The notes below the pieces were generated by a model that had not been told where the DNA came from, made no database searches, and saw only the letters and a list, made by a program, of their open reading frames with translations. The translations under genes were made by a program, and so were the position numbers. A stretch of DNA of 64,000 nt from Octopus sinensis (Eukaryota): assembly GCF_006345805.1 (NCBI RefSeq), contig NC_043009.1:3162001-3226000 (forward strand), in the 5' to 3' direction. Shown here one piece after another: positions 13,269-26,892 of the stretch; position 1 is the first letter of the stretch, and the number at the start of each line of letters is the position of its first letter.

Positions 13269-14136
13269 GTGTCGTTTCAGTTGCACAATGGTTTTTATTT
13301 CGATGTTGTTATTCAATTTTCTTTGACATTGATGTCGTAGAACCAATAATATTACGACAACAACCAACTTCAATTATATGTAGAAATCTGTTGCAGTGTT
13401 TACAGTTGTAGCATGTTTCTTATCTGGTATTACACGTCGACGACCGCTAAGCTTATGAAATGATAGAGTCTCTGAAAGCACCTAGTTCAGACACGACATA
13501 TTATTATCGATTCGTTTAGGTGTAGGATTTTAGTTTCTAGTGCGGAACTGATCATGGATGCTGTTTTTATTATGTTCTCAATCTACTTGAATGTCGTCAC
13601 CTGAGAACATTGAATAATATAGCGTATATTAATGACTTCAAACAACTCGGTCATACATTTACAAATCGTTTACATCAACGCAACATCTTAGTCTCTCTGC
13701 CGCATATAAAAAAAAGCAAATAATTCAAGAGATAATGAGAAATATTTCCCGAACATTTTATGAGAAATCTTGGACCGAGCACCAACCTCAAGGTTCATTT
13801 CATCTTTCTTCACTTGAAAATAAAAATAAAAGCAGATTGAACATTAATCTGATACCAAATACTGAAATTCCTTCTGATAAAATTAAAAAGGAAAAGGGTT
13901 CGCCGGATTAACGTTTCAATTTTTCAGTCGCTATCCTTTCTTCTCTGCAAGTCACTGGTGTGTGTCAGCAACCAAAGCAACGCGGGTGCATCCTTCCTTT
14001 ATGATTATATAATCAAGCTTAAAACACGCACACATCCATATACTGATGCACAAGGCACACATAAACATACATATATACACAAACACTAACACACACAATA
14101 CATACACACATTTGCACAGACATTCTCTCTCTCTCT

Positions 14137-14167
<31 letters not shown>

Positions 14168-14479
14168 TCATCTCTTCCCGACTGGCTATGCTGGTTAGAA
14201 ATACTTTTATTTATTTATCCATCTCTAAAAGGGAGGACACGTGGGATATTAATTCAGTTATTCATAGAATAATATTTCATTACATTTGTTCTGTAATAAA
14301 TGTTTATCAAATTATGATCAAAATTGTTCTTTATACTTTTATAAAACACAATTGCATAAACGGTTATTTATATCGTAAAATAATATTAGTTCAATTAGGT
14401 CGAAAATACGTCACAATGGTACGTCATGTGTGTATTTGTCGATGAAATCCGACTGGAAGTTTTTTCACAGATAATGATA

Positions 14480-15830
14480 TTTCCTGTTCCCTTCCACAGT
14501 AACGCCCTTGATAAAGACACGAACGACAACAAAGCAAGTTTAACTCTGCATATATATTTCTGGTGTATTGCCAAAATGAAAAGGAAATAGCTTTTGACAC
14601 AAGATGATGAAAGCATATTGTGTGCGTTTTTTCTGCTAGAACTGGAAGAGTGTCTTACATTTGCCAGTCTCTCCACATCCAGTTTAATATTCTTCGGAAT
14701 ATTTCCCTGTGGACTGTTACAAGAACAAAAATGCATGAGGGTGGACAGAATCTGGTGGATGAAGAGGTGAGGTTCTGAAGAGGTGGAGTTTTCGGCGGGA
14801 AAGTGGTGAAGTTTGGAGGGGTGGAGAAAATATGGATAATACAGTGAGCAATGACGAAAGCTCGCAAAGAAACATTTAGCCAGATAACTCTGAAGAAATA
14901 GTAACAGTAGTTAAGATAGAAAATCAGAGGGATAAGATAGCATGTCTATAGATCAAATGCTGGTCTGTTTGTGAAAGACATTCTGCTACTCAAGCCTGTG
15001 GTTATACAATGATGCGGTGTAATATGCCTCTGTGTTTGCAACAAAATTTTGTCCGAAATACGGTTGGACATAGTGTATAACAACTTAGTTTATTAGAGGA
15101 ATAGTAGTTGGTTGAGAATGGCGATTTTATGATTCTGGAAAGGACCGTCGTTGTATGAAGTTACTGTGCGGTTTCCATGTCGGTACAGCGTTTTTGAAAT
15201 ATTAAGGAAGAGAGGTTGAAGAGTTTAAAGAAAGGAGAGACTACTTCAAATACAGTGTTAGTAATGGAATTACATTTTCAAAACCGATGTTCCTTTTGAT
15301 TGGACGTGACATTAGCTATTCTCTGCTTAATGGGCATTTGTATATCGTTGTGAAAGCCTTAAAGATTATAAATAAATAATTTTAAAGTGGAATTTATCTA
15401 GTATGAACAATGTTGATTTCATTGCAAACATGGCAATCAATAAGAAGACAGGAATGGATTGTAGAGTATAGAACTATGCGTCCAAGTTCCTAGAAGGCCT
15501 TTTGGCAAGAACTCAAGGAACTCTGCAGCGGTTTTGGTAGAGTGAAACTATTGATGGTTGTACTATTTTGTCTGAAGACCAGGCCTAAAATATGACTGAC
15601 TGTCACTTCCACTCTTTCCTGAGCCCAACTGATCACGGGTCTGTTGATAGAAAGCGCAGAAACAAAGACGAGAGGTATTGTCTTGCTCTCAATTATAATT
15701 GTTATAATTGGCTCTACAAATTGCAGTAACCATTTTCTCTGTGTATATAGAAGAATCCATTAGTCGACCGACAATTTTGGTTATGAAATATTAGTGTGTC
15801 TCTTCCGCTAATAACCTTGGAATAATTGCT
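14480..15830 (-). pseudogene. Highly decayed Penelope-like element RT / GIY-YIG relic
   Basis: Collinear minus-strand peptide scraps LFILDKF (~15400), GFHND (~15350, cf. GLYRDD), ITNTVFEVVSPFFKLFNL (~15240), PTWKP, FVANTEAYYTASL, CSC and KYIC; many stops and frameshifts. Confidence 0.45.
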
Positions 15831-17253
15831 TAGGATGTGAGTGAAAATCTTTCGAACTCGGAGACGACACTGAGTCCTGATATTCTATGTTTGAAAATTA
15901 TCATTACTGAGCAGCCATTACAGTATTTTCTTTTTACTACCAAATGACAACAGAACAACTTATTCTTCGGAGTCTGCAAGGAAATATATATGCATTTGGT
16001 TGGCCTGTTATAAATAACAATGAAATCTCCCTTAGACAACACCATGTGTTTTTAAAAGAAAAATGCAGATTTTGGATAATGTATATGAAGTATAGATGAG
16101 TTCTAAAAGCAAACGACCCGGTGGTCACGGTTGGAACATCTTCGAACATAGATATGGTTGATCAGAATTATCCTAATTCTAAAACAAAACAGGGAATAAT
16201 AACTACCACTGCTACTTATCTTGGAATAATAAAAAAAAACAAAAAAAACATTAGTATGTTCATAAGACAAAAAAAAGGAGAAGAGCCTCGTAAATAAATG
16301 AGTGGCAAAAGTAGCGAGTAGAGCAGGTGGTTAATTGTATCTAGTTTGGATCCCCCACTGTTATATTTTGAAATCGATTTTGTGTTCTGAACCGTTGCGG
16401 ATCGACGAAATAAATAGCGTTGTTATAATTGGAAAGAATTCAATCGATTTATAACATTGCCTTGTAACAGAACTGATCATTGGTCTTGTGCCTCGTCAAA
16501 TGAAATCAATAACATATAAAACGTCTTAACACAACTACGCTTGCATTATCGATGATTTGATTCACAGCTTCGTAACTTCCAATTACATTGGTCTGCATCC
16601 AACCATCACCGTTTCTAAAGACTAAGTTCTGCCTTCATGTGACGTATTTTGACTAATTAGCAGCACGTGGCTACAGGTGCATATCCACTTCTGTAAAGAT
16701 GAAAAAAAAACAAAAACAAGATAAACAAAGAACAACGTTCATATAAATGCGCACACAAATCCAAAACAATTACGTTTTGTTCTGTGATCTGAGGCTTCAT
16801 CGTGAATACACGCAGAGTCGTGTAAAAACTACGTAGTGGTACAGTGACAAGGACAGGTTTCAAATAATTAGAGCAATGTTCGAATAACAGAAATAACCTA
16901 CACATTTTTAGACACGATTCTTTGGATCTTCCTTCAAAGTAAATATAGTGGATGCTCACTTTTGGTTTAAAAACGAATTCAATGCAACACGTAATGTGGA
17001 CTACAGATCATGAAACGTACAAAAGTACAAAATATTAACAATAGATTTGTCATTATGAAAAGCTATTATTTGACGCTTCAACAATATTAATAATAACTCT
17101 ATGAATTGCGAGAATAAGGTACGACACTACAGAAACGCTTATATATTGGTTTTATCTATTTATTTATTTTTGCTAAATCCCTTATTATTTAGAGTTGTGA
17201 TCAAAATGATGTTTGCATGAAGAATGTCTACCCTCATTGCTTGTAATTTCATA

Positions 17254-17666
17254 GGTAAAGTCGTGTCTGTGTGGTAAGAAGCTTGCTTCTCAACCACATG
17301 GTTCTGGGTTCAGTCCTACTGCATGTCATTTTAGGCGAGTGTCTTCTACTGTAGCCTTGGGCCGACCAGACCTTGTGGGTGGACTTGCTAGACGGAAACT
17401 GAAAGAAGCCCGTGATATACATATATATATGTGTATATCTATGTATTTGTTTTTTTCTGACTGTGTTTGTTCCGCACCACCGCTTGACTACTGGTGTTGG
17501 TATGTTTACGTCCCCGTAGCTTATAGTTTCGGGGAAAGATAACCGTAAAATAAGACCTAGGCCTTAAAAAATAAGTTCTGAAATCGATTTGTTCGACGAA
17601 AACCTTTCAACGCGTTGCATCAGCATGGTCGCGGTCTAATGTGTGAAAAGGGTAAAAGATAAAAGA
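17254..17666 (+). mobile_element. SINE family A (diverged)
   Basis: Homologous to 2254-2752 along its length. Confidence 0.85.
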
Positions 17667-17680
17667 TACTGTATTTATAT

Positions 17681-18319
17681 TAATAGCCAACATGGCAGTC
17701 CAGATAAATAGGACGAATACGGCCGTTGATTAGCTCCAAAAGGCCAGAGGAACAGGGGAGGTCAGCAGCTTCCCCTTGCTGGTCTGGACACAGGTTTGTG
17801 TCTCACATAGCTAGCTAGAGGGGATGGTCTCTTGGAGCTAATGAACGACAGCATTCGTCCTATTTATCTGGACTGCCATGTTAGCTTAGCGATAACTATT
17901 AATATCCAGTACCGCTGCCGTAGTTTCCTTTAGAGAGAATTAGAAATATTAATATTTCTATTTTTGAAAACCAGTAGATGTATTCCACTGAATTTAGGTA
18001 ATTGATCCTTCGAACAGACAGTCAGAAGCGACGCCTACTGGATTCAACTACTCGGCATTGATAAGAGGCAAACACCTCGAAACTAGTCTGTGGATGCCAG
18101 ACCAGCAAGGGAAAGCTGCTGACCTCTCCTGTTCGAAGGTTATAATGGACACAGGTTTGTGTGTCACATAGCGAGCTAGAGGCGATGGCCTCTTGGAGCT
18201 AATGAACGGCAGCATTCGTCCTATTTATCTGGACTGCCGTGTTGGCTTGGAGATACTCCTTAATATCCAGTACCGCTGCCGTAGTCTCCTCTAGAGACAA
18301 TTAGAAATAATGATATTTC
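17681..18319 (+). mobile_element. Hammerhead-bearing retrozyme/Penelope-pLTR-like element 2
   Basis: 361-bp tandem period (17785 vs 18146); 5' inverted segment ~17685-17785; 14-bp TSD TACTGTATTTATAT at 17667-17680 and 18320-18333; homologous to element 1. Confidence 0.85.
18055..18091 (+). ncRNA. Minimal type I hammerhead ribozyme (U3:A8 core), short stem I
   Basis: GCA-UUGAUAA-GAGG caaaca CCUC-GAAA-CUAG-UC^-UGU; palindromic ACUAGU. Confidence 0.75.
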
Positions 18320-18526
18320 TACTGTATTTATATATATGCAGAAATGAATCATGTTCTTCGTTGTCTTAGACGATAACGTGTCATTTGAATGAGATTTTAC
18401 ATGTAAGAAAATTGACCATAGATACACTCAGAGACACACTAAATAGGTTTTGATTTAAATACGGATGTGAAAACAACGGAATGACATAGAATGATGTGTA
18501 TTCCCATAACCATTTGAAATTCAATT

Positions 18527-18732
18527 ACTCTTTAACTCTTAAATTTGTTTCAGTCATTTGTCTGCGGCCATGCTGGAACACCGCCTTTAGTTGAGCAAAT
18601 CGACCTTAGGACTTAGTCTTTGTAAGCCTAGTACTTATTCTATCGGTCTCTTGTGCCGAACCGCTAAGTTACGGGGACGTAAACACATCAGCATCGGTTG
18701 TCAAGCGATGTTGGAGGGACAAACACAAACAT

Positions 18733-18781
<49 letters not shown>

Positions 18782-18943
18782 CGACGGGCTTCTTTCACTT
18801 TCCATCTACCAAATCCACTCACAAGGCTTTGGTCAGCCGGGGCTATAGTAGAAGACACTTGCCCAAGGTGCCACGCAGTGGGACTGAACCCGGAACCATA
18901 TGGTTTGTAAGCAAGCTGCTTACCACACATCCACTCCTGCGCC
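18527..18943 (-). mobile_element. SINE family A
   Basis: Reverse complement of the family A consensus, full length. Confidence 0.9.
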
Positions 18944-19464
18944 TGCGTAATTCATAAAAAAGGATAAGAAAATATTTGGTCAAACGAATATTTTCATGAA
19001 TTTCAAAACGAGGATATCCTGTACAGGCTGAGAGATTTCTGATTACGAATTATTATTTATTACTGGATTAACAAGTTCCAGTGATGCATGAAAGGCAGCA
19101 TGATTACATCTTAGACTAACTAGATATATCTAATCTAGCCAAATTAGACTAGCTGCGTGTTAGCGTTAAAAATAAATTCACTTCTTATACTTTAGAAGTT
19201 GTAGGATCTATTTTTCGATGTTATAGACTCACAAAATATAAATTTTAATACCAAGATTTACGTTATTCTGATGAGTGACAAGCAAACAGGAATTGAACGA
19301 AGAAACCGATTTATGCACACGTATCCGACACACATGATTGTGCACGAATGCACATGCAGACGTTCGCATTTTTATGAATACCTGTGTATGTCTAAGTATG
19401 TTGTGAGTCTGTGCGTTTGTGTGTGCGTGATTATTTACATACTAGTGTGTGTGCGTGTATTTAT

Positions 19465-19526
<62 letters not shown>

Positions 19527-19625
19527 GCTTCCATCTTTCCTGAGCGCCTATTAATAATAATACTGTAATTGTTCCACGTGTTGTTGTTTTTTCTGTTTTC
19601 CCGTTTGGATTAAAATTATATATAT

Positions 19626-19708
<83 letters not shown>

Positions 19709-20056
19709 TATATATATAATATATACCTATGACATCGATCAAGCTATCTATCTATATAAACACACATATATATCTGTGTACATGTATGTGTGTGTGTTAG
19801 TATTTGAGGGTGTGTTTATATGTACGCATCTACACGTGCAGGTGAGTATGCCTGAATTCACGCGGGGAGGTATAACCGTTAAATATACAGCAGCTAAATA
19901 CCTCGTGATTCCCCGACACTCATATCTGTCTCCTTCAGTGTTGGCCTTGTCGATCTCAAATAGTAAGTGGCAAACGAATATTTTTTCATTCTAAAAATAA
20001 ACTTGATATGCATTTAACCCATTTCCTCTGCACAGCACACGCGCCCGTATATACAC

Positions 20057-20125
<69 letters not shown>

Positions 20126-20297
20126 ACATTTGTATATGTATGTGTATGTATGTATGTATTCATGCACATGCATATAGTCTTCATAGTATTTATATACATA
20201 TCGAGGCATATATAAATTTGCATATATCTATACACATACGTTTATATGCATGTGTATAAATAAATGCAATTCCTAAACGTGCACTCGTGTAAGTGAA

Positions 20298-20350
<53 letters not shown>

Positions 20351-21599
20351 AACACACTTACATACACACGCATTTATATATATACATATATATGTATATA
20401 TATACATATACATATACATATACATACAGATATAGATTTGCATGTATATACATATTAATATATTCATACCTACACTTATGATGGTATATGCATTCATGCA
20501 TGCATACACACACACACACGCGCACACACACACGCGCACACACACACTCAATAATATAAATATATGCGCGTGTGTGTGTATACACGTACGTATATGTATA
20601 TATATATATCCCTATATATTCGCACATACACGCAGATAAACAAAAAGCACATATGTGCTCATGACTCTTTGTATTAGTAGGAATTACACACGAATATCTG
20701 CCATTTGATTCCTGCGAGAATGAAATATATTTTGACGTATCGCGAATCACGAATCTGTCAGTTGCTGCGTAAGCGAGTTGCCTTTACGCTACAATGAGTT
20801 CACACCTACTAAGCAGCGACTGTTTCCTCGACACAGTTAACGGTTATTCCATCGATTTTCTGCGAGTTTATGAATTGGAAAACATCAGCCATTTCTAAAA
20901 ATGTCTCACGTATCAAAACATCATATCTGCATCCGTTGAACAGATTTAGAAATAATCCACCGTTATATGAATACATTATAATTATTTAGGGAAAATTCGC
21001 TTTTTATGGTATCAGGTTTGCCATAACTTTCTTCCAATAAATATATGTGCGTGACTCTATGTGTGTGCGCTCGTGCGTGTGTGTGTGCGCGCGTGTGTGA
21101 GTCTGTGTGTGTGCGCTTGTGCGTGTGTGTGCACGCGTATGTGAGTGTGTGTGTTTGTATACAAAGCTTTCCTCATCTCAACACTAACCCTCGCACTATT
21201 TCTCTTTTCAATTTCTCTCTTTCGCTCTCTATCTCCCTCTCTCTCCCTCTTTAGCTGAGAGAAAGCTCCACACTATATTCAAGGTATGTATTTTGGATGC
21301 AGACACACTACAAAATGCTGATAGGCATCAAGAATGGTCTACAGAATATGATTCAGAATAACATTGTTTCCGTTTTTACTGCTTTCAAATCTTGCAGCGT
21401 ATTGCTTGCCTGTTTTACGGTCGTTAGGGGAAACGGGTTTCTGCAGAACTCATGTGGCCTAACTTCGTTCTAAACAATTTCTCTTTGCCATAAAAAAGAG
21501 TGATGGAAAGTAGAGAGTTAATGGATTCGATAAAATGTTTTTTTTTGCTTTAACTTTCTTAGGTCCCTACGCCAGGGGCTCATTTGAAGTCAGAGTAAC

Positions 21600-21780
21600 A
21601 TCGCACAATCGTTAAAACGCGGAGAAAAATGCTTAGCGGTATTTCGCCCGTCGCTATGTTCTGAGTTCAAATTCCGACGAGGTGGACTTTTCCTTTCATC
21701 CTTTCAGGGTCTGTAAATTAAGTACTGGCGAAAAACTGGGGTTGATGCAATTGATTATCTCCCTGCCCTAAATTTCAGCC
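21600..21780 (+). mobile_element. SINE family B (diverged)
   Basis: GAGTTCAAATTCCG..CCTTTCATCCTTTCAGGGTC. Confidence 0.75.
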
Positions 21781-21796
21781 CTTATTTCAGCTATCC

Positions 21797-21828
<32 letters not shown>

Positions 21829-21836
21829 TATTATTA

Positions 21837-21870
<34 letters not shown>

Positions 21871-21871
<1 letters not shown>

Positions 21872-22085
21872 TCAGTAGTTTTATTTTTATAGCGTACTTT
21901 CACTTCACTACCGAGCGCAGCTCTGTGTGCCTTGGGTATGTGCTGTGGTTTCCTGTGATGCTCTGATGGTTATTGTATGGAAAGTGTTCTGCGTAGGATG
22001 TGTGCAGTGGCCAGTAGTGCCATTTTCTGTATATTATTTATATTTGTAAGTCCTGGTGGTTTTGTTATGTATTTGTCTGGTTAAT
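21871..22085 (-). mobile_element. R4/Dong-type LINE 3' end in (TTA)n
   Basis: Reverse complement of 31450-31645; encodes IQKMALLATAHILRRTL; flanked by (TTA)n. Confidence 0.8.
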
Positions 22086-22110
22086 TTTTTGAATATTATT
22101 ATTATTATTA

Positions 22111-22163
<53 letters not shown>

Positions 22164-22399
22164 GTATTAATATTATCATCATCATCATTATTATTACTAT
22201 TAAGGTGATGGGTTTGCAAAATTGTTTGTACGCCGGTTTGAAATGCTTAGTGGCAATTATTCTGGTTATTTACAAGTTCAGAGTTCAAATACCGGAGCGG
22301 TCAATTTTGTGTTCTGTCACTCTAGGCATGAAAAACTAGGATCGATAGAATCGATTAAACCGCAGTATTGCTGATCTTGAGCCTAGATTACAAACAAAA

Positions 22400-22731
22400 C
22401 TAGCAATATGACCCGGCATAGTGCTAGTGCATGTATATACAGCTGCGTGCATGCGCACATACATGCGTCCAATCACATAGAGCTAGCTGGCATTCAATTG
22501 GCGTATCAAGTTTCGGGCATTTTGATTGGGTTTTGGATAGAGAATTCACAAAAAAGTCACTTCTATTGATTTTTTAATGGCTTTGCAGGGTGACTGGGGA
22601 AATGTAAAAATGTGCACGACCATCCTTAGACGGTTTTGAATGACCATAGAAAGTGCGAGGCCTCTAACTAAAAAATTGTGGATTTGTATAAAGGACACAC
22701 ACAGACATTTTGCCGTTTATATATAGAGAGA
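22400..22731 (-). mobile_element. Non-autonomous Helitron-like element
   Basis: Minus strand starts TCTCTCTATATATAAA and ends CTAG, sits between A and T, with a GC-rich subterminal segment. Confidence 0.65.
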
Positions 22732-22777
22732 TTTTTTCTCATTATCTTTGTTATTTAGACATTAATGTAACAGTGAA

Positions 22778-23280
22778 GGCGCATGGCTTAGCAGTCAGAG
22801 CTTCGAGCTTACGATCGTGAGGTTGCGAGTTCGATTCTCGTATCGGGCTGCGTGTTCTGCTCTTCTTGAGCAAGACACATATATATGTATATATACGTTG
22901 AAGCTAAGAACTATTTTAGATATAACAAACGCTAGCCCGGATTACACAGCGAATCTGAGATTCTAGAAAAAACATAGAGACAGAGATCAGAGAAGACTCT
23001 TCGAAATTGCCGGGTTTTAGTTACATGTTTTTGTGCCCTTCTTGAGCAAGGCACTTTATTTCACGTTGCTCCAGTTAACACAGCTGTAGAAATAAGTTGC
23101 GACATCACTAGTGCAAAGCTGTATCGGCATTTCCCTTGGATAACACTGGTGGCGTGGAGAGGGGATGCTGGTATGAATGGGCAACTGCCGACCTTCCATA
23201 AACAACCTTGCCCGGACTTGTGCCTCGGAGGGTAACATTCTAGGTGCAATCCCATGGTCATTCATGACAGAAGTGGGGTC
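22778..23280 (+). mobile_element. SINE family D (CORE-like), interrupted at ~22880-23030
   Basis: Homologous to the intact copy at 32754-33085. Confidence 0.85.
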
Positions 23281-23405
23281 GCAATGTTGCTGTTGTACAC
23301 GCCAAATGATTAGAAAAATACAGAATAACCGTGATACTTTAATTACACAGCTTTTTCAATATTTCAAAACAATAAATCATCATTAGTGCATCAATTGCTG
23401 AACAG

Positions 23406-23407
23406 TA

Positions 23408-23441
<34 letters not shown>

Positions 23442-23449
23442 TACTACTA

Positions 23450-23484
<35 letters not shown>

Positions 23485-24085
23485 TCTGCTACTACTACTA
23501 CTACTACTACTACTACCACTACAGAATAAACACCTGCGGTAAGAACAGGTTGAAAACTATACAAGGATAATTTCTTTATTGCCCACAAGAGGTTAAATAT
23601 AGAGGGGGCAAACAAAGACAGATAAAGAGATTAAGTCCATTACATCGACTCCAGTGCGTTACCGGTACGTAATTAATCGACCCCGCAAGAATGAAAGGTA
23701 AAGTCGACCTCGGCGGAATTTGAAGTCAGAACGTAACGGCAAAAATATTTCTTCATTATAAATAATGAAACTTTGTTAATGATAGCAACAATAACATTAA
23801 TGACAACATAATAAATAAATGATGATGATGATGGTGGTGGTGGTGGTGGTGGTGATGATGATAATGATGGTGATGTGAAATGATGGTGAAGATGAGGAAT
23901 ATGATGATGATGATGATGATGATGATGATTATGATGATATGATGGTGATGATATAATGGTGATGATGATGGTGATGTGATGTGACGGTGATTTTCATGAT
24001 GATGATGATGAAGATGATGATGATGATGAAGATGATGATGATGATATGATGGTGTTGATATGATGGCGATGATGATGATGATGAT
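23406..24085. repeat. (TAC)n/(TGC)n and (GAT)n/(GGT)n tracts around a SINE B fragment (23570-23740, minus)
   Basis: Read directly from sequence. Confidence 0.9.
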
Positions 24086-24199
24086 ATGAAGGAGGAGAAC
24101 GAGGAGGACGTGAAATTGGGTCCAGGAAACGGATGGTGGCGGTGGTCGTTGTGGTAGCGTTGCTGAACCTGACGATAAAGCTGACGACGATTATAATGA

Positions 24200-24432
24200 T
24201 ACCTATTTCTTTACTACCCACAAGGGGCTAAACACAGAGGGGACAAACAAGGACAGACAAATGAATTAAGTCGATCACACCGACCCCAGTGCGTAACTGG
24301 TACTTAATTTATCGACCTCGAATGGATGAAAGGCAAAGTCGAACTCAGCGGAATTTGAACTCAGAACGTAACGGCAGAGGAAATCCTGCTAAGCATTTCG
24401 CCCGGCGTGCTAACGATTCTACCAGCTCGCCG
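24200..24432 (-). mobile_element. SINE family B
   Basis: Near-identical to 32000-32231 and 46283-46513. Confidence 0.9.
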
Positions 24433-24818
24433 GTACCGGCGGTGATACTGATGATGATGCTGATACTGACGACGTTAATGATGAGGGCAACGACCACTGT
24501 AATGCTGAGGGCAACGACAAGGCTCACGTAAAATCTTTGAAAAGGCAACTGTACATACAAGCAAGTTCGACGACATTTAAGTTACGTTTAGTCCCATTTA
24601 AAACATTTATTTCGGTCATTTCAAAAGAGTTTAAAACAAACATATTTAACGACGACAAAAGCAATTTGTTATTGGAATCATGTGACATTCGTTAAAACGA
24701 AGGACGGTATCGTTAGTAGCATGTATAAATACCATCAACGCGTATGCGTATGCCAATAAGATGCATAGCTCTTTTAATATGTGTGATATATCTGGTTATG
24801 TACACATGCATAACACAT

Positions 24819-24859
<41 letters not shown>

Positions 24860-25071
24860 CATATAAGATCATATATATATATATATATCGATAGTTACAT
24901 AGATACATTACTGAATATATATGTTTATGTGTATGTTGGCTGAGAGAAAGGTAGATAGGGAAATAGAAAGAAAGAAATATATATATAGGAAGCTAGATCA
25001 ATAGATAGATAGATGATAGATTATCTAGATAGATAGAAAGATATCTGGATAGATTGACATATAAATGTATT

Positions 25072-25182
<111 letters not shown>

Positions 25183-25673
25183 TTTGTAAATTCCGTAAAT
25201 AGCACTGGAGAAAGAAGTAGTGTAGAATTCAGAAAATTCGAAGCCAAGGCGGAATAATATACGTTGAAGCTAAGAACTATTTTAGATATAACGAACGCTA
25301 GCCTGGATTACACAGTGAATCTGAGATTGTAGAAAAAAACAGAGACAGAGATCAGAAAAGACTCTTGGAATTTGCTGGGTTTTAGTTACATGCATTTTTT
25401 TTTTGTTTTTCTTTCTATATTGGAATTTCAAATATTTCAGGAAACCTCAACTAAATATAGGTGTGGCGTCTTCGTACTTGCCGGAAAATATGCATGACAC
25501 GTTTCAAGCTAAACTTATTGATGTATTCTAAACTTGATTCCTATATTTGATAGTTATATGTATCGGAAAAATTATGGCTACGACTATCTGTACGAGACAT
25601 TATATCACTGCCGTGAATGTCTCCAACTACTAATGCTGCATGCCAGAAAAGAGCATACACACTTCTGAAGGAT

Positions 25674-25744
25674 GAAAATAACTTAAAATTTGGAATATAT
25701 ATGAGCATATATGTGTCTGTGTGTTTGAATACGTCAAGACATAC

Positions 25745-25805
<61 letters not shown>

Positions 25806-25869
25806 TTGACGTATTCAAACACACAGACACATACATGCTCATATATATTCCAAATGTTAAGTTATTTTC
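25674..25869. repeat. Long palindrome centred on (TA)n
   Basis: ~75-bp unique arms GAAAATAACTTAA..CAAGACATACATG and their reverse complement with 2-3 mismatches. Confidence 0.95.
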
Positions 25870-25871
25870 GT

Positions 25872-25913
<42 letters not shown>

Positions 25914-25935
25914 ATATATATCTATATATCTACAT

Positions 25936-26006
<71 letters not shown>

Positions 26007-26191
26007 AAATAACTATATATATTTGTCTATATACGTGTACCCATATCCATTTATAATCTTATATCTAGATATGTGAGGGTGTGTGTGTGTTTACATAGGG
26101 GAGTGTATGTATAGTATATAGAAACATACTTATGTATATTTCTATACAAAATCCATACATTTGTATATCAAATTTATACATACGAGTGTCG

Positions 26192-26223
<32 letters not shown>

Positions 26224-26385
26224 TATTTGTTTTTATAGGCCGTTATAATAAACAATAGTTTACACACACAAGCACACACACATGCACTATCACAGACGCA
26301 CGTACATGAAAACACACACACGCCCTCACACATATACGCCCCCAGACATATGTATATATATATATATATATATTATATATATTAT

Positions 26386-26418
<33 letters not shown>

Positions 26419-26892
26419 TCGTATATATGTATGTGTGCTTATATCGCTGCATGATTCTGTGTATAATTATGAGTTTTGGGATTACATAGATATCGCCGAT
26501 AGAAAATAAGAGGAAACAAAACCGCATGGGGTCTTAGACACTGTTAATTAGTGTTGTGAATGTGTTTCGTTTTCCCAATACTTATCAATAACCGTATCAG
26601 AAAAATGTCAATTTAAAAACCTGTAAACAGGAGAAATGATACTCGGGAAACGCAGGTGTCAACACTATACAATCACTCAGATTATTGACCAAATATATAT
26701 TTTCTGAGGAAATCAGAAGGCTTATATTTTGAAATAATTATTTTCACTCCTGGAAATTTAAGGCAGAAATTCAGGGAAAGAGATAGCGAAGTGGTCAAGA
26801 GAGAATTCACTGATAAATTAATAACAGCGTGTGTTTTTTAGAGTGGTAAAATGGATGGGAATCGGCCAGTCTTAGAAAACGTATAGCATTAC

